Shown piece after piece: positions 45,866 through 56,718 of a stretch of 64,000 nt of DNA. Every line of letters begins with the position of its first letter. Positions within the stretch are counted from its first letter, which is position 1. The notes under the pieces are model-generated. The model made no database searches and was not told where the DNA came from. It saw only the letters and a list, made by a program, of their open reading frames with translations. The stretch is from positions 128,001 to 192,000 of the forward strand of contig CAVRJG010000052.1 in the NCBI GenBank assembly GCA_963721455.1. The letters run 5' to 3'. This DNA is from an uncultured Methanosarcinaceae archaeon. Lineage in GTDB: Archaea > Halobacteriota > Methanosarcinia > Methanosarcinales > Methanosarcinaceae. The translations under genes and the position numbers were made by a program.

Positions 45866-47792
45866 CAGACTTTCCGCATATCTCGGATTATTATTCAGAC
45901 ATTTTTATTGGAAAACTGTAAATAATGTAACTCGCTATTGAATTTTTGAATTTTTATGCACATTACTACTAACGCCCTGGACCATCACGGTATAGTTTGT
46001 GGAATTTTCGATGAACTTGAAATTGGAAGTATTATCGATGAAGTGTTTCCCAAAGTTGGGCAGCATAAGTTAGCTCATTCAATAGTGATAAAGGCAATGA
46101 TTCTTAATTGCCTTGGATTCACTGACAGTCGACTTTACCTGTACTCTCAATATTTCGAAAACCTTCCAGTTGAAAGGTTACTTGGTCCTGGAGTTAGTGC
46201 ATCAGATCTTAATGACGATGTTTTAGGGCGAACTCTTGATAAGATATACGAAGTAGATCCTACTCAACTGTTCATGAAACTTTCCATGAGAATGATGGAA
46301 ATTGTGAACCTTAAGGTTATACAACTTCATTGTGATGATACCAATTTCAGCGTTCATGGAGACTATGAACCTGAAGACGGTAGTTCTGCCATAGAACTCA
46401 CTTATGGTCACGCGAAAGATAAGAGATATGATTTGAAGCGTTTTTCAATGGGGATGATTGTAAACCAGTATGGTATGCCATTATTTACACAGGCTTATTC
46501 TGGAAATTCATCCGACAAAGAAACCATAGTAGAAGCCATGAAAAGACTTAAAGAAAACATAGAGTTCCCTGATGATGTTTATTTCATAGCTGATAGCTCT
46601 CTGTATTCTGAAGATAATATCAAAGCATTAAAAGACATGAAATGGATCACTCGCGTTCCCTCAACTCTGAATCTTTGTAAAGAGCTACTGACTTCTGATC
46701 TTGAGTTTAAACAGGGAGAAGACCCACGCTACTCATTTTATGAAACGATGGTTGAATATGGTGGCATAAAACAAAAATGGATAGTTGTTCACTCTGCCGA
46801 GATGCATAAAAGAAAGGAAATTACGTTTGAAAAGAAAATAAAAAAGATAGTCAAGGAAGCTCAGAAAGAGCTTAAAGAGCTGAAAAAAATAGAGTTTGCA
46901 TGTGAAGAGGACGCAAGAACAGCCCTGGAAAGATGGAAAAAGGAAAACCCTTACTGTTTGCTGGAAACGGTGGAGACCTCCACAATCTCAAAAAGAGAAA
47001 ACGGTAAGAAGGGAAGGCCAAAAAAGGGTGAAAAGCTTGTCATTCATTATGTTGTAGATGCAAAGGCTATCAGAAATGAAGAAATCGTACAGCATGAAAA
47101 TGAGTATCATGGTAGATTTATAATCGGCAGCAGTGACCCCAATCTTGATGCTGACGATATGCTGGAAAAATACAAAAACCAGAGTAAAGTGGAAAAAGGA
47201 TTCAGGTTCATAAAGGACAAAAGTTTCAGGGTTTCTGAGGTTTATCTTAAGAAACCCGAAAGAATTGAAGCGTTATCAATGATCATGGTTTTAACTCTGA
47301 TGGTTTACTCGGTAGCAGAATGGAAGCTGAGAGAAAAACTAAAAGAAACAGGGGAATCAATACCGAACCAAGTTAAGAAACAAACTCAAAAGCCGACATT
47401 GAAATGGGTTTTCATGCTGATGAGGGGGATTACGGAAGTGGAAGTAAAAACGAAATCAAAAACTAAAATTCAAATTACCAACTTGGATGAAATTAAAGAG
47501 AAGTTAATAAGGTTGATGGGAAAGAGTTGTGAAAAATACTATTTTTGAGATGAGGGTATAAGCTCTTTAAATAAAATATTTCAAGGGTTTCAGATAGCAC
47601 AAGTAGCGGATGCTGTTATATAATTCAGGAAATACCAGTTATACAATTATGAAAAATATGGGCATAGTGACAAATTCAGTTTGTGCTGTGTTTAAGAATC
47701 AACTAACTTGCCATAACAAAGGTCAATTATTATTGAACAGTAAAATATGTAATAAAATAATTTTATTTTTGTGGACATTTGCGGAATGTCGG
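45866..47792 (+). mobile_element. IS1634-family insertion sequence
   Basis: Imperfect TIRs CAGACTTTCCGCA / TGCGGAATGTCGG flank the transposase. No target-site duplication is visible. Confidence 0.85.
45956..47548 (+). CDS. IS1634-family DDE transposase (intact, 530 aa)
   Basis: LDHHGIVCGI, HCDDTNFSVHG, YGHAKDKRYDLK, IADSSLYS and VEKGFRFIK. Confidence 0.92.
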   Translation: MHITTNALDHHGIVCGIFDELEIGSIIDEVFPKVGQHKLAHSIVIKAMILNCLGFTDSRLYLYSQYFENLPVERLLGPGVSASDLNDDVLGRTLDKIYEVDPTQLFMKLSMRMMEIVNLKVIQLHCDDTNFSVHGDYEPEDGSSAIELTYGHAKDKRYDLKRFSMGMIVNQYGMPLFTQAYSGNSSDKETIVEAMKRLKENIEFPDDVYFIADSSLYSEDNIKALKDMKWITRVPSTLNLCKELLTSDLEFKQGEDPRYSFYETMVEYGGIKQKWIVVHSAEMHKRKEITFEKKIKKIVKEAQKELKELKKIEFACEEDARTALERWKKENPYCLLETVETSTISKRENGKKGRPKKGEKLVIHYVVDAKAIRNEEIVQHENEYHGRFIIGSSDPNLDADDMLEKYKNQSKVEKGFRFIKDKSFRVSEVYLKKPERIEALSMIMVLTLMVYSVAEWKLREKLKETGESIPNQVKKQTQKPTLKWVFMLMRGITEVEVKTKSKTKIQITNLDEIKEKLIRLMGKSCEKYYF

Positions 47793-48317
47793 TGATATAC
47801 ACAGGTTCAGGAAAAATTCTGCGAAATATCGCAGGAACAAGGATCTTCTGTACCTGGAAATGAATAGAACACTTATGAATCCGATTATGTAAATTTTTAT
47901 TTCTATTATGGGAATTACATCTCAATTATAAATAGTCTGCTATTATTATGTAACAGATTTTTAACTGTGTATATTCCTGCACAAATTGTTGTTATTCTTC
48001 AAAAATTTCCTTCCTATTCCTGTCTTTGAATTGCTCTGTTTTTAACTGTTCTGTTATATCCTGATTATTTATTTTTTCTTTTGAGCTGCAGATCAAATTC
48101 GGAAAGTCTTGATTTTTCAACAGTAGAGGAAAGAATTTAAATCTTTGAGGAAATGTTTTATTGGGGAGAGAAATAAGTCAGTTTTCGTTTTGAATGAATA
48201 TTGGCTATACGTTACTCATATCGCCGTTGTCCGAATTTTTCTTGAATTATTCATTACAGTTTTATTTAAGGATTCATTTAATCTACAGGCGAATTCATCT
48301 ATAGGTTCATTGAACCT

Positions 48318-48472
48318 GGACTTAATTACCATTTAATGTAGACTTAATCACATTTAATGTAGACTTAATTACATTTAATGTAGACTTAATCACATTTAAT
48401 GTAGACTTAATTACCATTTAACTTAGATTTAATCACATTTAATGTAGACTTAATTATCATTCAAGCTGGACT
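48318..48472. repeat. 21-22-bp tandem repeat, about 7 units
   Basis: Consensus CATTTAATGTAGACTTAAT(C/T)A(C), directly upstream of the second htpX. Confidence 0.9.
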
Positions 48473-48512
48473 AAACTATAGTTTTATCTATCAAGTGTAG
48501 GCGGAATAACAT

Positions 48513-49397
48513 ATGAAAAGAAAGTGGGATCGGGACTTAGGACTTCAGGGACGGATGCTTCTCACAATGTTTCTTCTGGCAGTAGTTTACATTTCATTCC
48601 TGGTATTTCTTTCGTACTATGGAACGCCTCCGGTCTTCATGATTTTATTTATTAGTCTTTTCATGGGTATTCAATACTTTTATTCGGACAAGTTGGTTCT
48701 CTGGACAATGGGGGCACATGTAGTCTCAGAAAGTGAAGAACCACAGTTGCATGGGATGATCACCAGGCTCTGCGCAATAGCAGATCTTCCGAAACCGCAG
48801 GTGGCAATTGTCAGGACTCAGGTCCCAAACGCCTTTGCGACAGGCAGGAGCCCGAATAAAGCTGTTGTTGCAGTTACGACAGGGATTATGGATAAACTCT
48901 CTCCAGCCGAGCTTGAGGCAGTGCTTGCCCACGAGCTAAGCCATGTCAAGAACAGGGATATGGCTGTCATGACAATTGCCAGTTTCATCTCAACACTTGC
49001 TTTCTACTTTGTCCGTTACAGCCTTTACTTCGGAAACATGGGAGGAGACAGAAAGAGAGAAGGCGGAGGCATTATGCTTGTCTGGTTGGTTTCAATTGCA
49101 GTCTGGGTTGTCAGTTTCCTGCTGATCCGTGCCCTTTCCCGCTATAGAGAATATTCTGCAGATAGGGGTGCGGCCATCATCACCGGGCAGCCGTCTGATC
49201 TTGCGTCTGCTCTTATGAAAATAAGCGGGGTTATGGCCAGGGTCCCGAGTGAAGACCTCAGGAAAGTAGAGGGAATGAATGCTTTTTTCATCATTCCTGC
49301 AATCTCAGGTTCTTCTATAATGGACATCTTTTCCACTCACCCATCTGTGGAAAAAAGAATAGCCAGGCTTGAAAAGATGCAACAGGATATGAGTTAA
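48513..49397 (+). CDS. htpX: Zinc metalloprotease HtpX (second paralogue)
   Basis: PNAFATG, HELSH, SRYREYSAD and STHP. Confidence 0.92.
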   Translation: MKRKWDRDLGLQGRMLLTMFLLAVVYISFLVFLSYYGTPPVFMILFISLFMGIQYFYSDKLVLWTMGAHVVSESEEPQLHGMITRLCAIADLPKPQVAIVRTQVPNAFATGRSPNKAVVAVTTGIMDKLSPAELEAVLAHELSHVKNRDMAVMTIASFISTLAFYFVRYSLYFGNMGGDRKREGGGIMLVWLVSIAVWVVSFLLIRALSRYREYSADRGAAIITGQPSDLASALMKISGVMARVPSEDLRKVEGMNAFFIIPAISGSSIMDIFSTHPSVEKRIARLEKMQQDMS

Positions 49398-49445
49398 AGA
49401 ATGAAATTAGTTAAAAAAATGAAATAAATTAAGGGGATAAGTTAA

Positions 49446-50063
49446 ATGGGTTTCCGGAATTTTATGGATGCGGTCCTCGGGAGGAGCAGCCTTCCGAAAG
49501 CAAAAAGCGACAAGCTCTTTGCAATTTCTACTGCCAGCATTACTCTGGAAAGCAATCTCGGCCTAAAACCATCAGGATCGGCAGGGGTCTGCTTTAAGCC
49601 AATAGGGGCTTCAGCCTATGAATCCGCACGAAAGGAGATTCAGGAGCTTCTGGAGTACAGTTCAAAGGAAACGGAAACCGAATTCAGGCTGGAAAAAGAC
49701 GAGTTCAACTTCCTGTGGGCTATTTTTAAAGACCCGGACTTCGAAGACCTTGTTGCAAACATTCACCTGGTAAGCGAAACCCTTGAAGGATATGGTTTTG
49801 GCGAGCAGATCCTCTGTGCCATTTACAGGTTTGACAGCGAACCCGAAGCCGGAACAACCGGGCGTGAAGGAAAAACCGGCGGCAGAAAAGCAGTTTACTG
49901 GATTTATAATTTTAAACAGGGGACCTATTACCCCTTTATTCCGCTTTCTGGCAAGCAGAGGGACAGCCCCTTCGAATTCAGGCTCAGGGCAGAAATGGAG
50001 AGGGAAATGCCTGTAGAAAAAAATGTGGAAAAATGGTATCCTCTCTGGGGAATTCCGTTCTAA
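49446..50063 (+). CDS. PspA-associated protein PspAB-like
   Basis: LFAISTASITL, YWIYNFKQGTYYPF and WYPLWGIPF, in the usual position after htpX. Confidence 0.7.
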   Translation: MGFRNFMDAVLGRSSLPKAKSDKLFAISTASITLESNLGLKPSGSAGVCFKPIGASAYESARKEIQELLEYSSKETETEFRLEKDEFNFLWAIFKDPDFEDLVANIHLVSETLEGYGFGEQILCAIYRFDSEPEAGTTGREGKTGGRKAVYWIYNFKQGTYYPFIPLSGKQRDSPFEFRLRAEMEREMPVEKNVEKWYPLWGIPF

Positions 50064-50151
50064 AAAACTGCCATGCCAGTAAATTAAATTCTTTCAATTC
50101 TTAATTGAGTTCATTTTGATTGAGTTAAAGTCTAAACCCTCAGCTTTTAAT

Positions 50152-51418
50152 GGCAGTGTACCGAAAGTTCTGTAAAATATGATTGACTCTGTATCCTTTT
50201 CTTTTCACCACAAAAAAACAGGATGCAGAGTCAATGGTTAATTTATTCTCACTTATAAAAGATTATCTTGTCGATCAGGAAGATGGAATTCGCCAGCTAA
50301 TTACCTGGTTTTTAAACCTTATAATGGAGGAGGAAGCCCTCCTCCAAGCTGGCGCACAACGTTATGAGCGGATTGATTCACGTAAAGCCAGTAGAAATGG
50401 CTACAAACCCCGAACTCTTCTGACCAAGCATGGAAAACTTGAATTGTCAAAGCCTCAATTCCGTGAGTTTCCCTTTGAAACCCAGGTTTTTGAGAAATAT
50501 TCGAGAGTTGAAAAGGCCATCTTAACCGCTATAGCGGAATCTTACCTTCAGGGTGTTTCCACCCGAAGGGTGGAAAAGATCATGATCGCTTTAGGAGTAG
50601 GTGAAATCTCAGCCTCTTCTGTTTCCAGGATTACTAAAGAACTGGATGAAAAGGTTGAAGAATTCCTCTCAAAACGAATAGAACATGAAATTCCTTACTT
50701 GTTATTGATGCGACTTATTTCAAGGTAAGAGATGGGCTTCATTATGAAAACAAAGCTCTCTTCGTAGTTGCTGGAATCAGGGATGACGGTTACCGAGAGA
50801 TACTTGGAACAAGATTGGCAGACAGTGAAGCTTCTATGTTCTGGGAAGATCTATTCGAGGATCTGAAAGAAAGAGGGTTAAGAGGTGTCAAGTTAATCGT
50901 TTCTGATGGTCATAAAGGAATACAGAAAGCAGTCAGAGAATCCTTTATTGGATCAAGTTGGCAGATGTGTCATGTACATCTGACAAGACAAGTTCTCAAG
51001 AAGGTGCCAAAAAAGAAGCAGAAAGAAGTGGCTGAGAAGATAAAAGAAGCATTAGTCGACCGTCAGAACTTGAATCACCTGATTAGGGAACTGGACAGTA
51101 TGGGGTATAAAAGCGCAGCTGATACCCTTGAAAGTTTTCAATATGATGTAATGAACTATATGCAGTTTCCAGAAAAACACTGGAAAAAAATAAGGACAAC
51201 AAATATGATGGAAAGGACTAACAAGGAACTCAAAAGAAGAAGCAAGGTAGTTGGAGCATTTCCTAACCAGGACTCAGTATTGAGACTTGTAGTCTCAATA
51301 CTAATTGATATAAATGAAGACTGGATCACAGGAAACAAGTATATAGTAATGGAACAGTAATCAAAAAAGAAGACGAAGGGGTAGAGAGTAGATTTTACAG
51401 AAAATTAGGCACACTGCC
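50152..51418 (+). mobile_element. IS256-family element with frameshifted transposase (50234-51360)
   Basis: TIRs GGCAGTGTACCGAAAGTTCTGTAAAAT / ATTTTACAGAAAATTAGGCACACTGCC. RNGYKPR, GVSTRRV, VSDGHKG and RTTNMMER motifs. Frameshift near 50703. Confidence 0.9.
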
Positions 51419-51664
51419 TAAAATGGTGACTATATATTCCACATTATAACATATACAAATAATTAAATATCCAACGCTCTTAAAACACTTCATAGAAAAA
51501 GAGTAATTAAAAAGAGGTGAAAATTGATATGATGCTTTTTTTCGATTTTAGTCAACTTTTTGCATTTATGATCGAGTATTTTCCATTCGTACTGCAATAA
51601 CTCAGCTATATCATATCAGGAACGTGTATTTCACATTTCCTGATACTAATTTTTAAGAGAAATT

Positions 51665-51742
51665 CAGGTTCAAACGTTGATTAATCAGAAGGCAATTGAG
51701 GCACCTGGAGAAAAGAAAAAGCCTTTCTGGAAATTTTGGTAA
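51665..51742 (+). repeat. WKFW-type repeat copy 1 (encodes QVQTLINQKAIEAPGEKKKPFWKFW*)
   Basis: First 61 nt are identical to 54278-54338. Confidence 0.9.
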
Positions 51743-51815
51743 CTTCATTTATCCAGATTTATCCTAAAATAAAAAGTTAAGGAAAAGGTTTTTTCCCAAC
51801 TTTCAACTTCTGAAA

Positions 51816-54033
51816 TCATTTTTCCTTATGAATAATTATAGAGCCACCATTAATGGCAGTTGATGGTTCTGAGTCTTCTTCTGTTCCAATCTCATTGTCG
51901 TAAATAATATTCTCACTTTCTTTATCCCATATTTTTATTCTGAACTTATCAACTGCACCATCAACGGCACTCAACATGAATGCGTAGTTTCCTTCGCCAT
52001 TGATAGTTCCAGTGCCTTTGTACTTAGCCTGTGATCCAGCAACGACAAGCCAATCATAGCTCTCTGAGTGGAAGTTCAGGTCTGCAACTTTGAACTGGAA
52101 TTCTGTCTTTCCAGTTGGTACTGTAGCACCTTTCTCATACTTAGAAACGAATCCAAATGTTGCTTTGCCTGCCAAGGTATTATCTGGAACATATGCTCCT
52201 GCTGGTGAGTTGATCCAGCCACCGCCTGTTACAAATCCTCCTTGAGGATCATACACGACAACATAGTCGAGTGCTTTTTTTGTCTCAGATCTGCCTTCAG
52301 CATCTGTTATTGTGAAGGTAACAGTATAGATCCCTGGTGAATTATACACATGAGACGTTTCAAAATTGGATAAAATTTGAGATTTAGATGTACTTCCATC
52401 TCCCCAATTCCATTCAGCAGTCAATGTGTCCAGATTTCCTAGATATGCAACATCCGCGCTGGTTGTAATAGAGGTGCTTACTGGTATTGGGGCAAGAGGA
52501 ACTATAATAGAGTTGATAGTAGGAGCAGGGACTAAAACATTGATTGTAACATCTTTTGAAGCCGCGCTGTATTTTGTAGTATCTGAGGGTACAAAATCAA
52601 CATGTAGTGTTTGCCCCATACCTGCACTCAAGACATTTCCTGCTGCTGGATTGTAAGTAAATGTTCCGGCTACTGGAACTCCACTTACTGGATCAGTTGC
52701 AGCTGCATTCAACTGAGTATCCCACAATGCTGTTCCAATGGTTATGTCAGCTGGGTTATTCCAGGTAATTGTAGGAGTTTTAAGAGGTTCTGGCAAGACA
52801 TTTATTTGAACATCCGCTGATGATATGTTATAGTTTGCAGTATCTATGGGTGTAAAATCTACATGCAAGATCTGTGTACCTATATCTAGTAAAGTTCCTG
52901 AAGGTGGAGTATAGACAAAGGTACCAGGTACTGAAGCTTCTGCATTAAATTGAGTATTGCTCAGTGCTGTACCATAAATTATGTCAGCAGGTTTACTCCA
53001 GATAATTGTAGGAACGATTTTTTTCTTTAGAAAATTTCTGAATGCGATGATTGCCACAATCAGCAACATATACATTGCCCGACGAATCAACAACAATATC
53101 CCTTGGACTATGAAATTGTCCTTCGCCGTTACCATAAGAACCCCATTTAGTAATAAATGCACCACTACTGTCAAACTTCTGAATGCGATTATTTCCCGTA
53201 TCGGTCACATAAACATTGCCAGATGAATCGACAGCAACACCATATGGATAATAAAATTGTCCGTCGCCAATATCATGAGAACCCCATTTGGTAATAAATG
53301 CACCATTACTGTCAAACTTTTGAACGCGATGATAGCCAGTATCAATAACATATACATTGCCAGATGAATCGACAGCAACACCGGATGGCCCAGAAAATTG
53401 TCCATCACCACTGCCCTGAGAACCCCATTTGGTAATAAACATACCACGACTGTTAAACTTCTGAATACGATAATTGGATGTATCGGTCACATAAACATTG
53501 CCAGATGAATCGACAGCAACATCATATGGATTAGCAAGTTGTCCGTCGCCACTACCGTAAGAACCCCATTTAGTAATAAACATACCACTACTGTCAAACT
53601 TTTGAACGCGACTATTTGGCCAATCGACAACATATACATTGCCTGGTGAATCGACAGCAATACCATATGGATTAGCAAGTTGTCCGTCGCCGCTACCGAA
53701 AGAACCCCATTTGGTAATAAACATACCACTATTGTCAAACTTCTGAATACGATGATTGGATGTATCGGTCACATAAACATTGCCAGATGAATCGACAGCA
53801 ACATCATATGGATTATAAAATTGTCCATCACCACTGCCCTGAGAACCCCACTTTGTAACAAAAGTATAATTTTCAGCATGCGTAACAGAAGCGCTCATCA
53901 ATCCAAGGAAAAATAAAATCAAAAAAAACAGTATTTTCTTAGAAACATTAACCTGTTGATAATTCGTTTTCAAATCCTCCTTATAGGTTATGATATATTC
54001 ACTTTTCATCACGTTTCGTTTCTTCCGTTTCAA
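51816..54033 (-). pseudogene. Secreted NHL-repeat beta-propeller plus Ig/PKD surface protein, split by a frameshift in an A7 run (53018-53024)
   Basis: Signal peptide and six FITKWGS.G.GDGQF..P..VAVDSSGNVYV repeats. A second frame carries PTITW.PADI Ig-like repeats, PKD WNWGDGS and the GFVTGGGWI domain. Confidence 0.8.
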
Positions 54034-54277
54034 ACCTCAGTAAATTAATTTTGAATTTAGAATGAAACATAGTTAATAAGTAAAACAGATAATATTTTTC
54101 TCTATAAAGAAAATGATTTGAATAAAAAAGAGCGTTTTTCGAATTATCAACAGAATTTATATTAATTTTAGTTCTTTCAATGATACAGAGCTCTTCAAAC
54201 TTATCAAACTTGTAGATCTCGAGAAGGCCAGCTAGGACAAAGAGGACCTTAAGCAAATGCATAATAATTATTTCCTG

Positions 54278-54355
54278 CAGGTTCAAACGTTGATTAATCA
54301 GAAGGCAATTGAGGCACCTGGAGAAAAGAAAAAGCCTTGGTATAAGTTTTGGTAA
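54278..54355 (+). repeat. WKFW-type repeat copy 2 (end of the remnant ...DKEDLKQMHNNYFLQVQTLINQKAIEAPGEKKKPWYKFW*)
   Basis: Direct repeat of 51665-51742. Confidence 0.9.
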
Positions 54356-54471
54356 TATCCGCAAGGTATTAAATTCGCAGCTTCAAGACCTCACAGGCAT
54401 GGAACCTGCAAACTTCCATGCCTACAAGAAAAAAATCACCGAAAAAATAAGAGCTTTCCAGGCTTCTTATA

Positions 54472-54966
54472 TCATACTGTTCCTTGAGCAATCTTTGCTA
54501 AAGTAGATGCTCTGTTCATATGAAGCAACATTGAACTTACAAGTGATTGAATGTTTTTAAGCTCTTCGTTTAGAGCAGTTTCATTATTATTTTTGCTATT
54601 ATTTGACATATTTAACAAACATTTTCCGTAGGATGTGCTGTCATTGAGTCCCAAAACCCACTCTTTCTGTGCTTCCTGCAAGTCAGGAGATACAGTAAAT
54701 TGGTTATTTTCGTTTAGTGCGTTCTGAGAATCATCAATGATATTTTGTCCCGCCATTATAAAGGAGGTATCATTTAAATCATCTGTTAGATCCAGTGCAT
54801 TGTCCGTATTATTCATATCGGTGTGTAATAATGCTAAATTGTTATGAAAACTTTCGTTCCATTCAGCATCTTGATAAGCAGTTTTCTCATTGTTTGATCC
54901 AGTACACCCAACTGCCAGCATTGAAGCAAGCAAAATAAACGAAATAATATAAATATATTTTTTCAA
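54472..54966 (-). CDS. Lipoprotein of unknown function
   Basis: GAGGTG RBS, TTG start, and MKKYIYIISFILLASMLAVGC lipobox. Confidence 0.7.
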   Translation of the reverse strand: MKKYIYIISFILLASMLAVGCTGSNNEKTAYQDAEWNESFHNNLALLHTDMNNTDNALDLTDDLNDTSFIMAGQNIIDDSQNALNENNQFTVSPDLQEAQKEWVLGLNDSTSYGKCLLNMSNNSKNNNETALNEELKNIQSLVSSMLLHMNRASTLAKIAQGTV

Positions 54967-55100
54967 ATCATCACCTCGAAATATCAAGTTACAACATAGA
55001 AATTCCAAGGTTATATATCACAATGATTTTATTCAATTTAATATAAAAAAGGGCATTTTTTAGTAAAAAGAGCATAAAATCCGTGTCTTAGCTGAATATT

Positions 55101-55161
55101 TTAATCAGTTAGAAGGCAATAGGCACCTGGAGAAAAAAAGAAATGGTGGAAAATTTGGTAA
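55101..55161 (+). repeat. WKFW-type repeat copy 3 (degenerate; ...APGEKKKWWKIW*)
   Basis: TTAATCAG...AGAAGGCAAT.AGGCACCTGGAGAAAA...TTGGTAA. Confidence 0.75.
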
Positions 55162-55326
55162 TTATTCTATTTCTTAAAGAGCCCCGCCACTCCGTTGTAA
55201 ACTGCCATGCCAACGACTACAGCCATAACTAACCAAATAAAGTTGTATAAATCTTCATACATCAGATAACATATGGCACACAGATATAATAAGTTAATTA
55301 AGTGTGGGAAAAGGTAGAAATTAAAT

Positions 55327-55515
55327 TTAATATATGGTCAGTAATCCAAGATTCCGGCCATTATCAGGAATAAAGATCCGGACCATATCACCGTTTAAGA
55401 GTTCTGCAGGTATCGCCTTTGCAGGATCGTAAATAATAATACTCTCAAATGCATTTCCGGGCTTTAGTGTTTCCCTGATCCCGGCTAATTCTTTTCTGAT
55501 TCGTTGAAGAGTCAT
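55327..55515 (-). CDS. Small hypothetical protein, probably from an integrated element
   Basis: MTLQRIRKELAGIRETLKP...IFIPDNGR. The start overlaps an upstream remnant ending LEQQEGL* (TAATG). Confidence 0.5.
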   Translation of the reverse strand: MTLQRIRKELAGIRETLKPGNAFESIIIYDPAKAIPAELLNGDMVRIFIPDNGRNLGLLTIY

Positions 55516-56022
55516 TATAGGCCTTCCTGTTGCTCCAGATCAAACATATATTTTATATTACATTGTGGACCTTCTGGTTTATTTGCGTTCCATGCAGCCC
55601 TTAAAAGATTGTGATGTGCTTGAAGGACAATACCGTCACATGTTAAACCATTCTTTTCTTTTACCTGTGGGTCCTTAATCGTTTGGACATGGAACGTCAG
55701 TAAACTTTGGTTTTGCTCCTCTTTTTCCCGCCAAGTACAAATTATTGTTACTATTATATAATCTCAACTCAATATTATGGGAGCACCGGGCATGCAAATA
55801 ACTCAATTTTTCATTGCCAAAGTTACACAAAGATTTTTCAATGTTTAACTCATTTATTTTTATGGAGTTGCTCTTCTTTGAGACTCTTGTACCTATCACA
55901 AGTCCTTTAGATTCGAGAATTCAATCCTCTTACTTATCTAAGATATCGACAGAGACCGATTATTTTTAGGGGGTCAAATTCACTTTGATTAAACAAAATT
56001 TTATCCAGGTGGGGGTTCATAT

Positions 56023-56718
56023 ATGCTAAATTTTTTTCGGAATAATTCAAATGTAAATGAAAAATCAGAAGATGTAAGTAAAGAAATTGCAGAACTTATT
56101 CTCAAGCAAGAGGATAAATTACTCACTGTGTGCCAGGTATTTGAGCATTTGGAACCTGATCTTGCTTCCTGGCTTTTAGATACGATGAAGGCTCGTAAAT
56201 CCACAAAATCTTTCACCGAAATTGACATCTCGGAAATAGTAGCAAGCGGCAACATAATTCTGCCTGGGGATGTAATTATAAAAAAGAATAGAGATCCACG
56301 TCAAGGAGATTTTGTGGAAATCAGATTCAGAAGCAACGATGGTTATGTGACTGAGATTGATAGAGTTCTGAAAATCAATATTAAGGAAGGCAGTTTGTTC
56401 GTTCAGGATGGATTGTATCCTGAAATAAAAGGTAACATTCATCTGGTAAATGTCATTTGGGTAATAGACAAGATAATTAAATATGAAGATCCTGAATGGG
56501 AAAAAATTACTCAGGCACTTGAAATCGAATATTATTTGGAGGACATTAAGATGAATTTGGAAGGGAGTATTGAATTTCTGGAAAAAAACGATAGTTTTTA
56601 TGATAGAGAAAATACCTTAAAAAAATTATATGAAAGACTTGAGTTAGTAAATAGACATAGTTGTGAATTACCCCCGACTAAAGTCGGAGGCTTCCTGTTT
56701 CATTCCCCTCTCTTTTGA
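56023..56718 (+). CDS. Hypothetical protein whose C-terminus reads into the IS605 right end
   Basis: 231-aa ORF with a GGGGG RBS. Codons after about 56662 come from the IS end hairpin. Confidence 0.65.
   Translation: MLNFFRNNSNVNEKSEDVSKEIAELILKQEDKLLTVCQVFEHLEPDLASWLLDTMKARKSTKSFTEIDISEIVASGNIILPGDVIIKKNRDPRQGDFVEIRFRSNDGYVTEIDRVLKINIKEGSLFVQDGLYPEIKGNIHLVNVIWVIDKIIKYEDPEWEKITQALEIEYYLEDIKMNLEGSIEFLEKNDSFYDRENTLKKLYERLELVNRHSCELPPTKVGGFLFHSPLF

Noticed and set aside
48318-48472. Possible CRISPR array
   Set aside because: Units are contiguous with no unique spacers, and there are no cas genes in the window.
54233-54235. In-frame TAG as a pyrrolysine codon
   Set aside because: The frame has no plausible start upstream and is a remnant; a CAG>TAG mutation is simpler.
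51665-55161. WKFW repeats as CRISPR repeats or IS ends
   Set aside because: They are direct, protein-coding in character and spaced 0.8-2.6 kb apart, with no inverted ends.
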